Assembly: GCA_024693285.1 (NCBI GenBank)
Contig: JAILLE010000019.1
Location: 45,701-109,700, forward strand
DNA: 64,000 nucleotides
Source of the DNA: Bacteroidales bacterium
Lineage (GTDB): Bacteria; Bacteroidota; Bacteroidia; Bacteroidales; UBA932
Reading direction: 5' to 3'
Made by a program: the position numbers and the translations under genes. The notes under the pieces are model-generated. The model searched no databases, was not told the origin of the DNA, and worked only from the letters and a program-made list of their open reading frames with translations. Numbering within the stretch: the first letter of the stretch is position 1; each line of letters begins with the position of its first letter. Below, piece by piece: positions 38,877 to 52,531 of the stretch.

Positions 38877-39701
38877 ATGTCGATTAAGTCAATGCCTGTT
38901 TGGAAGTGGGCTCTGCTGTTGCTGGCCTCTTTCATTATCGCTGTTTTCCTGTATGGACTTAGCGATGAGGCGGTACGTCTCATTCCGATAGGCTGGATCC
39001 GATGGATCGGGTGCGTCGCTGCCGCCGCTTGGATTCCGGCGTTGTATTCGGTCTTGGTCAAATGGATCGAGAAAAGCCCCGCCAAAGATGTTCCTAAGCG
39101 GAAGTCATTGACTGATATCGCGAAAGGTTTCGGAGTAGGCACCCTTTTCTTCGTGCTGGTGGTTGGGATTATGATGATTATCGGGGTGTACTCGATTCTC
39201 AACATCGGTACCGACAGATCATTCCTTATTGTCGACTCTTTCTTCCTTTTCCTTATTGTCGCTATTGGCGAGGAACTTATGTTCCGCGGTGTCATATTCC
39301 GCTGGATTGATGAGAAATGGGGTTTTACTGCGGCGCTGATAGTATCTGCCCTGTTGTTCGGAGCGGTCCATTATCCGCAAGGCACCTGGTGGTCATCCAT
39401 TGCCATAGCCATAGAGGCCGGCCTTCTGCTGGGGGCAGCCTATAAATGGTCCGGGACCCTATGGTTTCCTGTCGGAATCCATTGGGCATGGAACTTTTTC
39501 CAGGGTAATATCTTCGGTTTCGCCGTGTCTGGAGGTGGGGTTGATGCCAGCCTTATCCACGCCAAAGTCGATGGTCCGGATATCTTGACGGGAGGTTCTT
39601 TCGGAGCTGAAGCCTCTATCATCGCCGTTATAATCGGAGCGGCGATATCGGCATATTTCATTATCAAATCAGTCCGGGCTTCCAGGTCGGCAGGCCGGTA
39701 A
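38877..39701 (+). CDS. CPBP family intramembrane glutamic endopeptidase (CAAX/Abi-like)
   Basis: GEELMFRG, LFGAVH and GIHWAWN motifs; multiple TM segments. Confidence 0.93.
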   Translation: MSIKSMPVWKWALLLLASFIIAVFLYGLSDEAVRLIPIGWIRWIGCVAAAAWIPALYSVLVKWIEKSPAKDVPKRKSLTDIAKGFGVGTLFFVLVVGIMMIIGVYSILNIGTDRSFLIVDSFFLFLIVAIGEELMFRGVIFRWIDEKWGFTAALIVSALLFGAVHYPQGTWWSSIAIAIEAGLLLGAAYKWSGTLWFPVGIHWAWNFFQGNIFGFAVSGGGVDASLIHAKVDGPDILTGGSFGAEASIIAVIIGAAISAYFIIKSVRASRSAGR

Positions 39702-39709
39702 AATTGACA

Positions 39710-40717
39710 TTAATGTAATATCGGGTTGATGATTTCCGTCAGGAGGTCGTTCTCGAGGAGGAAGCCGTCGTGGCCGAACTTCGAAGTGATTCCGATTTGC
39801 CTCACACCTGGAATCATCGGGGCCCAAACCGCGCTTTCGGCCGGAGGGAATATCCCATCAGTGTCTATGGAAATAACTGTGGTATTGGCGGTTATCCTTC
39901 CAAGGGCGGCCTGTGTGCCACCTCTTCCTCGGCCAACATTGTGGCTATCCATAGCGTTGGCTATATACCAGTAAGAATAGGCGTCGAAGTTCCTGTTGAC
40001 CAATTTGTCACCTTGATGGCGCTCATAAGAGGCTGCCCTTCCGGCAAACAAGCAATCCGGATCCGGCTCGCTTTGACGGATCTCAAAGCCTTCGAAACAA
40101 CGGTAGGAAATGAGCGCCTGAGCCCTCGCGCAACGGAGTCCATTGGCACCCCCTGAGAGATCTTTCGCCTCCCTGAAAGTCTGGTCCGCTTCAAGCGCCA
40201 TTCTTTGGGCTTCCATCCATGCGGTCATCCAAGGGGATATCCTTGGAGCTGTCGCTATGAACAAAGCGTTTTTGAAAAGATCCGGCTCATCCACAGCCCA
40301 TTCAATGGCCTGGAATCCTCCGATAGAACTGCCGATTAAAAGGTCTATGCTCTTTATCCCCAAGTGTTTCCGGACAATCTGAGAGGCTCTTGTCATGTCC
40401 CTCATCGTCAGCGCCGGGAAATCGAGCATATAAGGTTTTCCTGTAGCGGGATTGATTGAAGCCGGTCCTGTGCTGCCGTAGGGGGAACCGGGAATATTGG
40501 CACAGATGACGAAATACTTATCGGTGTCTATTGCCTTCCCAGGGCCTACCATTCCAGGCCACCAATCCTCCGGATCGCTGTTGGCTGTCAAAGCGTGGCA
40601 TATCCACACCACCTTGCCGTCTCTGGCTCCGGAAGTGTGATACACTATCTCCAGAGGAGCCAAAGAGCCTCCGGCCTCAAGGTCGAACCGGTCTATTATA
40701 AGACTATGCCGTATCAT
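39710..40717 (-). CDS. metX: Homoserine O-acetyltransferase
   Basis: Start at ATG 40717, overlapping the metY stop (ATGA). CHALTAN, WWPGMVGPGK, GSSIGG, GHDGFLLE. Confidence 0.92.
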   Translation of the reverse strand: MIRHSLIIDRFDLEAGGSLAPLEIVYHTSGARDGKVVWICHALTANSDPEDWWPGMVGPGKAIDTDKYFVICANIPGSPYGSTGPASINPATGKPYMLDFPALTMRDMTRASQIVRKHLGIKSIDLLIGSSIGGFQAIEWAVDEPDLFKNALFIATAPRISPWMTAWMEAQRMALEADQTFREAKDLSGGANGLRCARAQALISYRCFEGFEIRQSEPDPDCLFAGRAASYERHQGDKLVNRNFDAYSYWYIANAMDSHNVGRGRGGTQAALGRITANTTVISIDTDGIFPPAESAVWAPMIPGVRQIGITSKFGHDGFLLENDLLTEIINPILH

Positions 40718-42009
40718 ACGTGGGCGGCTGCGAGAGCTTGCTCGAGGTCGTAGATAATATCCTCCGGATCCTCCAGGCCGATGCTGAGACGCATAAGGTC
40801 GGGAGCTATTCCTGCAGCCCTGAGTTGCTCGTCGGTCAGTTGACGATGGGTGTGGGAAGCGGGATGAAGGATGCATGAGTGGCAGTCGGCCACATGGGTC
40901 TCGATCGTGATGAGTTTAAGGGAGTCCATGAAGCGGTTGTCGAAATCCCTGCCGCCTTTGAGGCCGACACACATCACTCCACTGAAATCTGACATGTATT
41001 TCTTCGCCAGCTCGTGGTGGGGATCGTTCTTCAAGCCAGGATACTTTACCCAGGCGACATCCGGATGATTCTCAAGATATTCAGCGACCTTCATGGCGCT
41101 TTCGCTATGCCTGGCTATACGGACATGTAGGCTCTGGAGTCCAAGATGAAGATAGAAGGCGTTCTGCGGGCTCTGGATGGAGCCGAGATCCCTCATCAGC
41201 TGGCTTGTGGCCTTGGTTATAAAGGCCAGTTTCCCAAAGGCTTTGGTATATATCAAACCGTGATAGGACGGATCAGGCGCGCAGAGTCCGGGGTACTTGT
41301 CAGCGTGGGCTTCCCAATCAAAATTACCACTGTCCACCAAGGCTCCTCCCACGGCTACACCATGGCCGTCCATGTATTTTGTGGTCGAATGGGTGACGAT
41401 GTCGGCACCAAATTCAAACGGCCTGCAAAGCACCGGGGTGGCAAAAGTATTGTCGATGATGAACGGTACACCATGTGAGTGTGCGATTCTCGCGAACTTC
41501 TCGATATCAAGCATTTCCACTCCAGGGTTGGAAAGAGTCTCACCAAACAGGAGCTTGGTTTCCGGCCTGAATTTGGCGGAAATCTCTTCTTCTGAAGCGT
41601 CGGGAGAGACAAAGGTAACCTCTATTCCCATCTTCGGAAGAGTGGTTCCGAGCAGGTTGAATGTTCCTCCATAGATGTTGCCGGTACTGACTATATGATC
41701 TCCGGCGGAACATATATTCAGACATGCGAAAAGATTGGCGGCTTGGCCGGATGAAGTCAGCATCGCCGCGACACCACCTTCCAACGCGGCAATTTGAGCC
41801 GCTACTTGATCATTCGTCGGGTTTTGAAGGCGGGTGTAGAAATATCCGCTGTCCTCAAGGTCGAACAGGCGGCCCATCTGGTCGGAAGTCTCGTATTTGA
41901 AAGTCGTACTCTGAACGATGGGAATTTGCCTCGGTTCGCCCTTGCCAGGCTTGTAACCGGCTTGGACACACAAGGTTCCGATGCCGGGGGTTCTCTTTTC
42001 TGTAGCCAT
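40714..42009 (-). CDS. metY: O-acetylhomoserine aminocarboxypropyltransferase (sulfhydrylase)
   Basis: YTRLQNPT, SSGQAA, DNTFATP, HSTTKYMDGHG (PLP lysine), HPASHTHRQL, RLSIGLE. Confidence 0.93.
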   Translation of the reverse strand: MATEKRTPGIGTLCVQAGYKPGKGEPRQIPIVQSTTFKYETSDQMGRLFDLEDSGYFYTRLQNPTNDQVAAQIAALEGGVAAMLTSSGQAANLFACLNICSAGDHIVSTGNIYGGTFNLLGTTLPKMGIEVTFVSPDASEEEISAKFRPETKLLFGETLSNPGVEMLDIEKFARIAHSHGVPFIIDNTFATPVLCRPFEFGADIVTHSTTKYMDGHGVAVGGALVDSGNFDWEAHADKYPGLCAPDPSYHGLIYTKAFGKLAFITKATSQLMRDLGSIQSPQNAFYLHLGLQSLHVRIARHSESAMKVAEYLENHPDVAWVKYPGLKNDPHHELAKKYMSDFSGVMCVGLKGGRDFDNRFMDSLKLITIETHVADCHSCILHPASHTHRQLTDEQLRAAGIAPDLMRLSIGLEDPEDIIYDLEQALAAAHV

Positions 42010-42141
42010 TTGTCGTTATCCGTTAATTAGGGAAGCCGAAGTTACTCAAGATTTGGCAAAATACAAAACCCTTGTGATTTAGACCTAAAATGATTATTAT
42101 TGTTCAAGCCGGTAATATGCCGGATTCTGATAGTTGAGGAT

Positions 42142-44595
42142 ATGAGAAAAGCGATAGTTTGCCTTGTCGCGGTTCTGCTTTGCGGAATCGTCTGTTTGGT
42201 TGGGTGCCAGTGCGGGCACAAGTGCTTCAGCGGCATCTACCCTCATCTGGCTTACTACAACTCTCAGGGAGAGTGTGGAACCGGGGCGGTTGTGCCGTGG
42301 CAGGGGGATCTTTGGGTGGTGAGTTATTCTCCTCACGAGCCGTTCGGATCGGATGACAAGTTGTACCAAATCACCCCTTCCTTGGAGCAAGTTGTCCGTC
42401 CTGAGAGCATCGGTGGCACTCCTGCGGACAGAATGATCCACGACGCTTCAAATCAACTGTTTATCGGTCCTTATGCCATCGATGCGGAAAAGAACGTCCG
42501 GGTTCTGTCCTATGAGAAGTACCCGGGGCGACCTACCGGTCTGGCGGCTCATTTGACAGATCCGGACAACCGGATTCTCTACGCTTCAATGGAAGCTGGT
42601 TTTTACGATATCGATGTCCACACACTTGATGGAATCGAGCTTTACAAAGACGGCAACCAGAAGAGGAAGGAAGGTTTTACGGGCGATTTATGCGACCTGT
42701 TTCCCGGCTACCACGGCAAGGGGTTTTATTCTGGTCAGGGAGTGGCTGTATATTCCAATAACGGAGAGGAAGGCGAGCTTGCGCAAAAGCAGTTTGATAT
42801 TCCTTCAGGAGCGCTTGTCGAATGGGACGGGAAGGATTGGAAGCTGGTCAGACGTAATCAATTCACTGAGATAACCGGGCCTGGTGGAATCCACGGCAAT
42901 CCTTCTCCGGCTACCGATCCGATTTGGGCTCTCGGCTGGGACTACCGTTCTGTTATCCTTGCGATTAGGGAGGCCGACAAAGGCTGGAGCTATTATCGGC
43001 TTCCGAAGGCCAGTTTCGCTTATGACGGAGCCCATGGTTGGAACACCGAGTGGCCGAGAATCCGGAATATCGCTCCAGAAGGATCTGATCCTGAGCTGCT
43101 TATGACTATGCATGGAATGTTCTGGCATTTTCCGGAGACATTCTCTACAGCCAATTCAGCTGGAATCCGTCCGAGAGGAGCCTACCTTAAGGTAATCGCT
43201 GACTTCGCCGAGTGGAATGGCCGTCTTGTCTTCGGATGCGATGATTCCGCGCAAAGCGAGTTCCTTAACAAACGCGAACAGAAAGGACGTATCGGCGGGC
43301 CGGGGCAGTCTAATTCAAACATTTGGTTCACTCCTTACGACCAACCGGATCATGTCGGACCAACCACCGCGGGAGGTTCCGTATGGCTGAAAGATGATGT
43401 CAAGGCCGGAGTGCCGTCAGATCCGTTCCTGATCCAAGGTTGGGACAACCGTTGCGCGTGGATCGCCAACCATTCCAACGCTCCCGCCGACATCACCTTT
43501 GAGGTCGATAAGAAGGGTAACGGAGAGTGGACAATGGCGTACAGGACCATGGTTGGCGCCGGGGAGTCGATGTTCTTCCCGATCGAAGAGACTCTTGACG
43601 CCGTGTGGATGAGGGCCGTAAGCGCCACTGACATCAAGACAGACTTGACTTTTGTATTGGCTCAAAAAGAGACTCGAGAGACAGAGTCCGATTCGATATT
43701 CACTGGGCTGGCTCCGGTTAAGAAAGCCAATGATTCACAGGGATTTCTGTACGGTCTGCCTGACCAGCGTAGGGCTCTTGGTGTCCTGGCTCAGACTTCT
43801 TCCGGCGAGAAGTATTATGAGATCGACGGGAATATGGCTTTTGTAGCGAAGGACGATTCTGAGATGGCTGATTATATTCGTGACCAATTTGAGATTCCTA
43901 AGGATGTTGTTGATGTAGAGGATGGTTCTATTCTTATTGTAGATGCCAGGAACCGTCGCTGGAGATTGCCCCTAGGTGACGGTGAGTATGCGTCAAAGAT
44001 AAAAGAAGGCGCTTTGAGGCTTTGCCGTGAGGTCGCCACCGAGCGTGATCTGCTTTCACTCGCAGGCACTTTTTACGAGCTTCCCGCGGAGAACGCCGAC
44101 GGTTACGCCAAGGTTCGTCCTATCGCCTCGCACAAGTTTGGAATCAACGACTATGCCTCCTACAGAGGTATGCTCGTGATGACAGGAATCGATCATGCCG
44201 CGGCAAAGGGGAACCCGCATGTGGTTTTCTCTAAGGATGGGAAAGCCGCTGTCTGGGCCGGCGTGATTGATGATCTCTGGAAGTTGGGAAAGCCGGTTGG
44301 CCATGGCGGCCCTTGGGTAGAGACCGAAGTCAAAGCCGGAGAGTATTCAGATCCTTTCCTGATTGGTTTTTATGACAAGAGGGAGATGTCCATTTCCCAT
44401 CGCTCGTCGGGTGAAGTGACCTTCTCTGTCGAAGTGGATCCGACCGGTGACGGCCAATGGTTCCACTATGCTGATTTCAATGTCAAACCGGGCGACACTG
44501 TGGAGCACCGTTTCCCGGATGCGTTCCAGGCACGCTGGATCCGAATCAAGGCGGACCATGACACAAAGGCAACGGCTCTGTTTGATTATAGATAA
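42142..44595 (+). CDS. Large secreted hypothetical protein with an internal ~310-aa duplication
   Basis: ATG 42142 with signal/lipoprotein-like leader; long ORF; repeated GGxW..VKAG..SDPFLI...EVD..G.G.W segments. Confidence 0.85.
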   Translation: MRKAIVCLVAVLLCGIVCLVGCQCGHKCFSGIYPHLAYYNSQGECGTGAVVPWQGDLWVVSYSPHEPFGSDDKLYQITPSLEQVVRPESIGGTPADRMIHDASNQLFIGPYAIDAEKNVRVLSYEKYPGRPTGLAAHLTDPDNRILYASMEAGFYDIDVHTLDGIELYKDGNQKRKEGFTGDLCDLFPGYHGKGFYSGQGVAVYSNNGEEGELAQKQFDIPSGALVEWDGKDWKLVRRNQFTEITGPGGIHGNPSPATDPIWALGWDYRSVILAIREADKGWSYYRLPKASFAYDGAHGWNTEWPRIRNIAPEGSDPELLMTMHGMFWHFPETFSTANSAGIRPRGAYLKVIADFAEWNGRLVFGCDDSAQSEFLNKREQKGRIGGPGQSNSNIWFTPYDQPDHVGPTTAGGSVWLKDDVKAGVPSDPFLIQGWDNRCAWIANHSNAPADITFEVDKKGNGEWTMAYRTMVGAGESMFFPIEETLDAVWMRAVSATDIKTDLTFVLAQKETRETESDSIFTGLAPVKKANDSQGFLYGLPDQRRALGVLAQTSSGEKYYEIDGNMAFVAKDDSEMADYIRDQFEIPKDVVDVEDGSILIVDARNRRWRLPLGDGEYASKIKEGALRLCREVATERDLLSLAGTFYELPAENADGYAKVRPIASHKFGINDYASYRGMLVMTGIDHAAAKGNPHVVFSKDGKAAVWAGVIDDLWKLGKPVGHGGPWVETEVKAGEYSDPFLIGFYDKREMSISHRSSGEVTFSVEVDPTGDGQWFHYADFNVKPGDTVEHRFPDAFQARWIRIKADHDTKATALFDYR

Positions 44596-44605
44596 TTCAT
44601 TCAAA

Positions 44606-46552
44606 ATGAAAAGGTTCATTCTGATTATTCTGTCATTTCAGATTCTTCAGTCGCTTTGCTCCTTCAGAATGACAGGCGAGACACTCGCTGCGCAAAGCAC
44701 TTCTTCTGTCATCCTGAGCGAAGCGAAGGATCTTCCCGCAGGAATCTTCGTTGAAGCGGAAAGTTTCGCCACGAAGGGTGGTTGGCAGGTTGACCAGCAG
44801 TTTATGGACTTGATGGGCTCACCTTATCTGATCGCCCACGGGATGGGAAAACCCGTTGAGGATGCCTCGACAACAGTTGATATTCCGGAAGCTGGAGTGT
44901 ACCACGTATGGGTTCGCTCATACAACTGGACCTCCCCTTGGACCGAAGCCAATGGCCCGGGAGCGTTCAGGGTCAAGATTCAAGGAAAGCCTATGAAGGG
45001 CATCCTCGGTAACGCCGGAAAAAAGTGGGGCTGGCAATACGCTGGAAATGTCAAGTTGAAGGCAGGGCCTTGTGTTCTTGCCCTATCTGACCTGACCGGG
45101 TTCGACGGCCGCTGCGACGCGGTGTGGATTTGCCCGGACAGGGATTTGGTTCCTCCCGAGGATGTCGCTTCCTTGGAGGCATTCCGCCGGCAGTTCGGCG
45201 CTCTTCCCGCAAAGCCTTCTGATGGAGGTGATTACGACTTCGTTGTGATCGGAGGTGGTATTGCTGGTATGTGCGCCGCTGTTTCCGCGGCTCGTTTCGG
45301 ATGCAAAGTCGCTTTGGTTAACGACCGTCCGATCCCGGGAGGCAACAACTCCTCTGAGATCAGGGTACACCTTGGGGCATATATCGAGCAGGATCCCTAT
45401 CCGGCACTCGGCAGGATGCTCCGTGAGTTCGGCCATTCACGACTCGGTAACGCCCAGCCCGCGTCCAATTATGAGGATGACAAGAAGATAGCGTTCTTGG
45501 AAGGACAGGAAGGGCTGACATATTTGCCTAATTTCAGGGCTGTCAAGGCCAATATGGACGGCACAAAGATAGCCTCAGTCGTGATCCGCAATATCGAGAC
45601 CGGGAAGGAACTACTTCTGAAGGCGCCTGTTTTCGCTGATTGCACCGGTGACGCCAACCTTGGATTCATGGCCGGAGCTGACTGGATGATGGGTCGTGAA
45701 GGACGTGATGAATATGGCGAGTCCCTGGCTCCGGAAAAGGCCGACAAGATGACCATGGGATCCTCGGTACAGTGGTACAGTGTGGATGACGGGAAGAAGA
45801 GTTCTTTCCCTGAGTTTGAATATGGCGTGAAGTTCACGGAGGAGAACTGCGAGAAGGTTAAGATGGGAGAGTGGACCTGGGAGACAGGAATGAACTTGGA
45901 CCAGATCTACGATTTCGAGAGGATTAGGGATTATGGCCTGCTCGTCGTCTATTCCAACTGGTGCTTCCTCAAGAATCATTATTCAAGGAAGTCTGAATAT
46001 GACAACCGCTCCCTCGGTTGGGTTGCCTATGTCTCGGGCAAGCGGGAGTCCCGCAGGCTTGTCGGAGATTATGTCCTGAAGCAGGATGATGTTGATAAAC
46101 AGGTATTTCACGAGGACGCTTCCTTTACTTTGACCTGGCATTTCGATCTTCATTTCCCGGATCCGGCAAACACGGCCAATTTCCCCGGGAATGAGTTCAA
46201 GGCAGCCACGAAAAGCAATCCAATCTATCCATATGCCGCGCCATACAGGTGCCTGTATTCCAGGAATATAGACAACTTGTTCATGGCTGGCCGGGACATC
46301 TCGACCACCCATGTCACGCTTGGCTCGACAAGGCTTATGCGCACGGGAGCGATGATGGGTGAGGTCGTCGGCATGGCTGCCAGCATCTGCAAGGACAAGG
46401 AGACGACCCCGAGGGGAGTCTACCAGAAGTATCTACCAGAGCTGAAAGCCCTGATGCGCAAAGGTGCCGCCCGCACGGACATAGACCTGCCCGACAACCA
46501 GCACTTCAACGAAGGCGGTCATCTCGACAAGCCCAAGGACATCACCTTCTAG
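44606..46552 (+). CDS. FAD-dependent oxidoreductase with N-terminal carbohydrate-binding-like domain
   Basis: ATG 44606; VEAESF N-terminal module; DFVVIGGGIAG Rossmann motif, GGNNSSE, DCTGD, RESRR, NLFMAGRDIS. Confidence 0.88.
   Translation: MKRFILIILSFQILQSLCSFRMTGETLAAQSTSSVILSEAKDLPAGIFVEAESFATKGGWQVDQQFMDLMGSPYLIAHGMGKPVEDASTTVDIPEAGVYHVWVRSYNWTSPWTEANGPGAFRVKIQGKPMKGILGNAGKKWGWQYAGNVKLKAGPCVLALSDLTGFDGRCDAVWICPDRDLVPPEDVASLEAFRRQFGALPAKPSDGGDYDFVVIGGGIAGMCAAVSAARFGCKVALVNDRPIPGGNNSSEIRVHLGAYIEQDPYPALGRMLREFGHSRLGNAQPASNYEDDKKIAFLEGQEGLTYLPNFRAVKANMDGTKIASVVIRNIETGKELLLKAPVFADCTGDANLGFMAGADWMMGREGRDEYGESLAPEKADKMTMGSSVQWYSVDDGKKSSFPEFEYGVKFTEENCEKVKMGEWTWETGMNLDQIYDFERIRDYGLLVVYSNWCFLKNHYSRKSEYDNRSLGWVAYVSGKRESRRLVGDYVLKQDDVDKQVFHEDASFTLTWHFDLHFPDPANTANFPGNEFKAATKSNPIYPYAAPYRCLYSRNIDNLFMAGRDISTTHVTLGSTRLMRTGAMMGEVVGMAASICKDKETTPRGVYQKYLPELKALMRKGAARTDIDLPDNQHFNEGGHLDKPKDITF
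44640..44733. repeat. Inverted pair of REP-like repeats in the 5' end of the oxidoreductase gene
   Basis: AGATTCTTCAGTCGCTTTGCTCCTTCAGAATGACA (44640-44674) and TGTCATCCTGAGCGAAGCGAAGGATCT (44707-44733). Confidence 0.85.
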
Positions 46553-46553
46553 C

Positions 46554-50240
<3,687 letters not shown>

Positions 50241-50269
50241 TTTATTGGAATTATTTAATATTCAGAGAT

Positions 50270-51367
50270 ATGCTAAAAAGATTCGTTTTTTTGTGTTTGT
50301 CTTCGTTACTGTTTTTTTCATGCGGCGGTGAGGTTGATGTGAATCTCCCCATAGCTGTCGCTCATAGAGGCTGTTGGTTGATGGACGGTGATGAGTTTTA
50401 CATCAACGAGAACTGTCCGGCAGGTGTCCGGATGGCCGCCCAGTACGGCTACCCGGCTATTGAATGCGATGTGAAATACACTCTCGACAGCGTGATGGTG
50501 ATCATGCATGACGGCACAATCAACCGCACGATGCGTAATGCCTCTGATTATTCGAAAATCACCGAGCCGGTCAGAGTCAAAGACTTGACTTACGAAGAGT
50601 TGCGTGACAATTACGTCCTTGAGTCGACTGACCCTTCTCTGAGGGTTCCGATCCCGACACTCTATGATGAACTGCAGGCTTGCCGTCAGTACGGGATAAT
50701 CCCAATGCTTCATAGCGTCATTCCCGGATCTTACAAGTTGGCGCATAAGTTACTTGGAGACAAGTTCATTGCTTTTGATGCCTCTCAAGCGGCTGTAAGC
50801 CAGGCTCGTAAGTATTCTTCCTCCTGCCTGGTTCTTTTGGATCCCGGTACGGATGAGGCACCGAGAACCATTGAGAGACTTAAGGAAATCGGTGGTAATT
50901 GCGGAATGAGCACCATGAAACATGACATGCTTAACGCTGATTACATCAAAACCATCAAGGACGCCGGATTCGAGGTACAAGCCTCTATTTTCCCGGCTCC
51001 GCACGAGCAGAGGGCGGTGTCTGACGAGGTCACGTTCCAACTTTCTGATTTCTGGTGGTACCAGACTGACGGCCGCAAACCGATCAAAGCTTTCAGGAAG
51101 ATGGGGATGAGACTTCCTGAGGGACAATCTGTCACTTGGAATCCGGAGACTCCCGAATATGCGGCCGTGACCCTTGTCATTGATTTTGAGGGGAGTATTG
51201 AGATTACATTGAACGGCAGGACATACAAACTGACCCATGAACAGCCCGGCAAAGCGGAAGTGCTGGGAGCGAGGCTCTACAAGAAGACCCCTGGACTCAA
51301 GGTCAAGGCTATCGCCCATTCCCAGGTCAAGTCACTTAAGGCTGAGCTATACGATTGCGGAGAATAA
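50270..51367 (+). CDS. Glycerophosphodiester phosphodiesterase family lipoprotein
   Basis: Lipobox FFSC; AHRG, EN, IECDV, MHDGTINRT, IPTL. Confidence 0.85.
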   Translation: MLKRFVFLCLSSLLFFSCGGEVDVNLPIAVAHRGCWLMDGDEFYINENCPAGVRMAAQYGYPAIECDVKYTLDSVMVIMHDGTINRTMRNASDYSKITEPVRVKDLTYEELRDNYVLESTDPSLRVPIPTLYDELQACRQYGIIPMLHSVIPGSYKLAHKLLGDKFIAFDASQAAVSQARKYSSSCLVLLDPGTDEAPRTIERLKEIGGNCGMSTMKHDMLNADYIKTIKDAGFEVQASIFPAPHEQRAVSDEVTFQLSDFWWYQTDGRKPIKAFRKMGMRLPEGQSVTWNPETPEYAAVTLVIDFEGSIEITLNGRTYKLTHEQPGKAEVLGARLYKKTPGLKVKAIAHSQVKSLKAELYDCGE

Positions 51368-51376
51368 AATAACGTT

Positions 51377-52519
51377 ATGTTTGTCAGAAAAGCTTTGTTG
51401 GTAGTCTTGCTCGGGGCCTCCTGTTTTCAGGTGTACGCCCAGGGTGGCATTATCGACCGGGTTGTGAAAAGCTTTTTTGACAAGGTCACCGGCCCGGATC
51501 CCCGTTTCGATTCATCATATGTGACCCGCCCTGCCCTTCCATGGTCTTTCTCTTTGGAGACCACCTTGATATCCACCGGGTCAGACTTTACTAGCGATAT
51601 AAAGGTGACGGACTATACGATGCCGAATTCACCTTCAATCAATGCTGTCCTTGAAAGCCGGATGCAAAGACACCTCCATAAAAAGGTCGGAGGGTCAATT
51701 GGATATGGGAGTCTCAGTCTTTCCGGAGCGTTAGAAGTCGGAAGCAAGAACCCCGGTAAGAACACCTTCATGTCTTGCGCAGTCAGGCAACCTTCTTATG
51801 GTGCCAAAATCCAGTTTTTCAAGACCCATGAATATATTGACGGGAATCTGGATGTAGATGGCGCTTCACTTCCGTATACTTTCACATCGGACTATCCGGG
51901 AACCATGCGTACTTTGACTTTTGACGCGTATTACCTGTTCAACCATCGCCATTTCTCTTACACGGCGGTTACGGAAGGAAACTTTGTCCAGCATCGTTCC
52001 GCAGGCTCATGGATGGCTATAGCGAAGTATCAGCAGGGCGACATGTCTTTGGATCAGAACGATAAGTTCATGCTTTCGTTCTCAAGTGGCTTGTGCCGGT
52101 ATATTACCAGGCAGGTCTCGCTTGGAGCCGGGTATTCGTTCAATTTTGTACCTATTCACAAGAATGCTTCCAACCCGTTGTCTGGCAAGGGCTTCCGTAA
52201 CCTGACGGTTAATCTCTCCGCGATCCCGATGGCATCCTTGTATAACCATCTCATCACTTACTCTATCTTACGTGAAGGCGATTCTTCCGGCAGGTCACAG
52301 TTTGACGGAAAGATTGTTCCGGCTTTTATCGTCCGGGGAGGGTTAAGCTTCTCTTGGGATCGTTTCTGCCTGGTCTCCTCAGTTTCTTATAATAGATTCG
52401 GATTCAACGGATTACCCTCTATCGTTTGGGAAGACGGCCATAGCTTGAAAAACGATATTGACACTGATGGGTCTTTCTATGACCTCACCGCCAAATTCAG
52501 TGTTATCGTAAGACTATAG
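51377..52519 (+). CDS. Putative outer-membrane beta-barrel protein (DUF4421-like)
   Basis: Signal peptide; DSSYV, YYLFNHRHFSY, QHRSAGSW, GAGYSFNFV. Confidence 0.7.
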   Translation: MFVRKALLVVLLGASCFQVYAQGGIIDRVVKSFFDKVTGPDPRFDSSYVTRPALPWSFSLETTLISTGSDFTSDIKVTDYTMPNSPSINAVLESRMQRHLHKKVGGSIGYGSLSLSGALEVGSKNPGKNTFMSCAVRQPSYGAKIQFFKTHEYIDGNLDVDGASLPYTFTSDYPGTMRTLTFDAYYLFNHRHFSYTAVTEGNFVQHRSAGSWMAIAKYQQGDMSLDQNDKFMLSFSSGLCRYITRQVSLGAGYSFNFVPIHKNASNPLSGKGFRNLTVNLSAIPMASLYNHLITYSILREGDSSGRSQFDGKIVPAFIVRGGLSFSWDRFCLVSSVSYNRFGFNGLPSIVWEDGHSLKNDIDTDGSFYDLTAKFSVIVRL

Positions 52520-52531
52520 AAGACTGTAGAT

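Noticed and set aside
40718-40876. Long N-terminal extensions in the ORF track (e.g. metX from 40876; also starts at 13422, 44447, 63009, 36771, 27070)
   Set aside because: They overlap neighbouring genes or terminators; downstream ATGs give proper signal peptides or family N-termini.
42010-42141. Possible SAM riboswitch upstream of metY-metX
   Set aside because: The region is short and AT-rich, a -7-like box (TAACTTCG, 42044-42037) lies about 27 nt from the ATG, and no riboswitch consensus is visible.
52511-52530. Tandem AGACTATAGA/AGACTGTAGA at a stop codon
   Set aside because: A single imperfect 10-bp duplication, with no inserted element between the copies to make it a target-site duplication.
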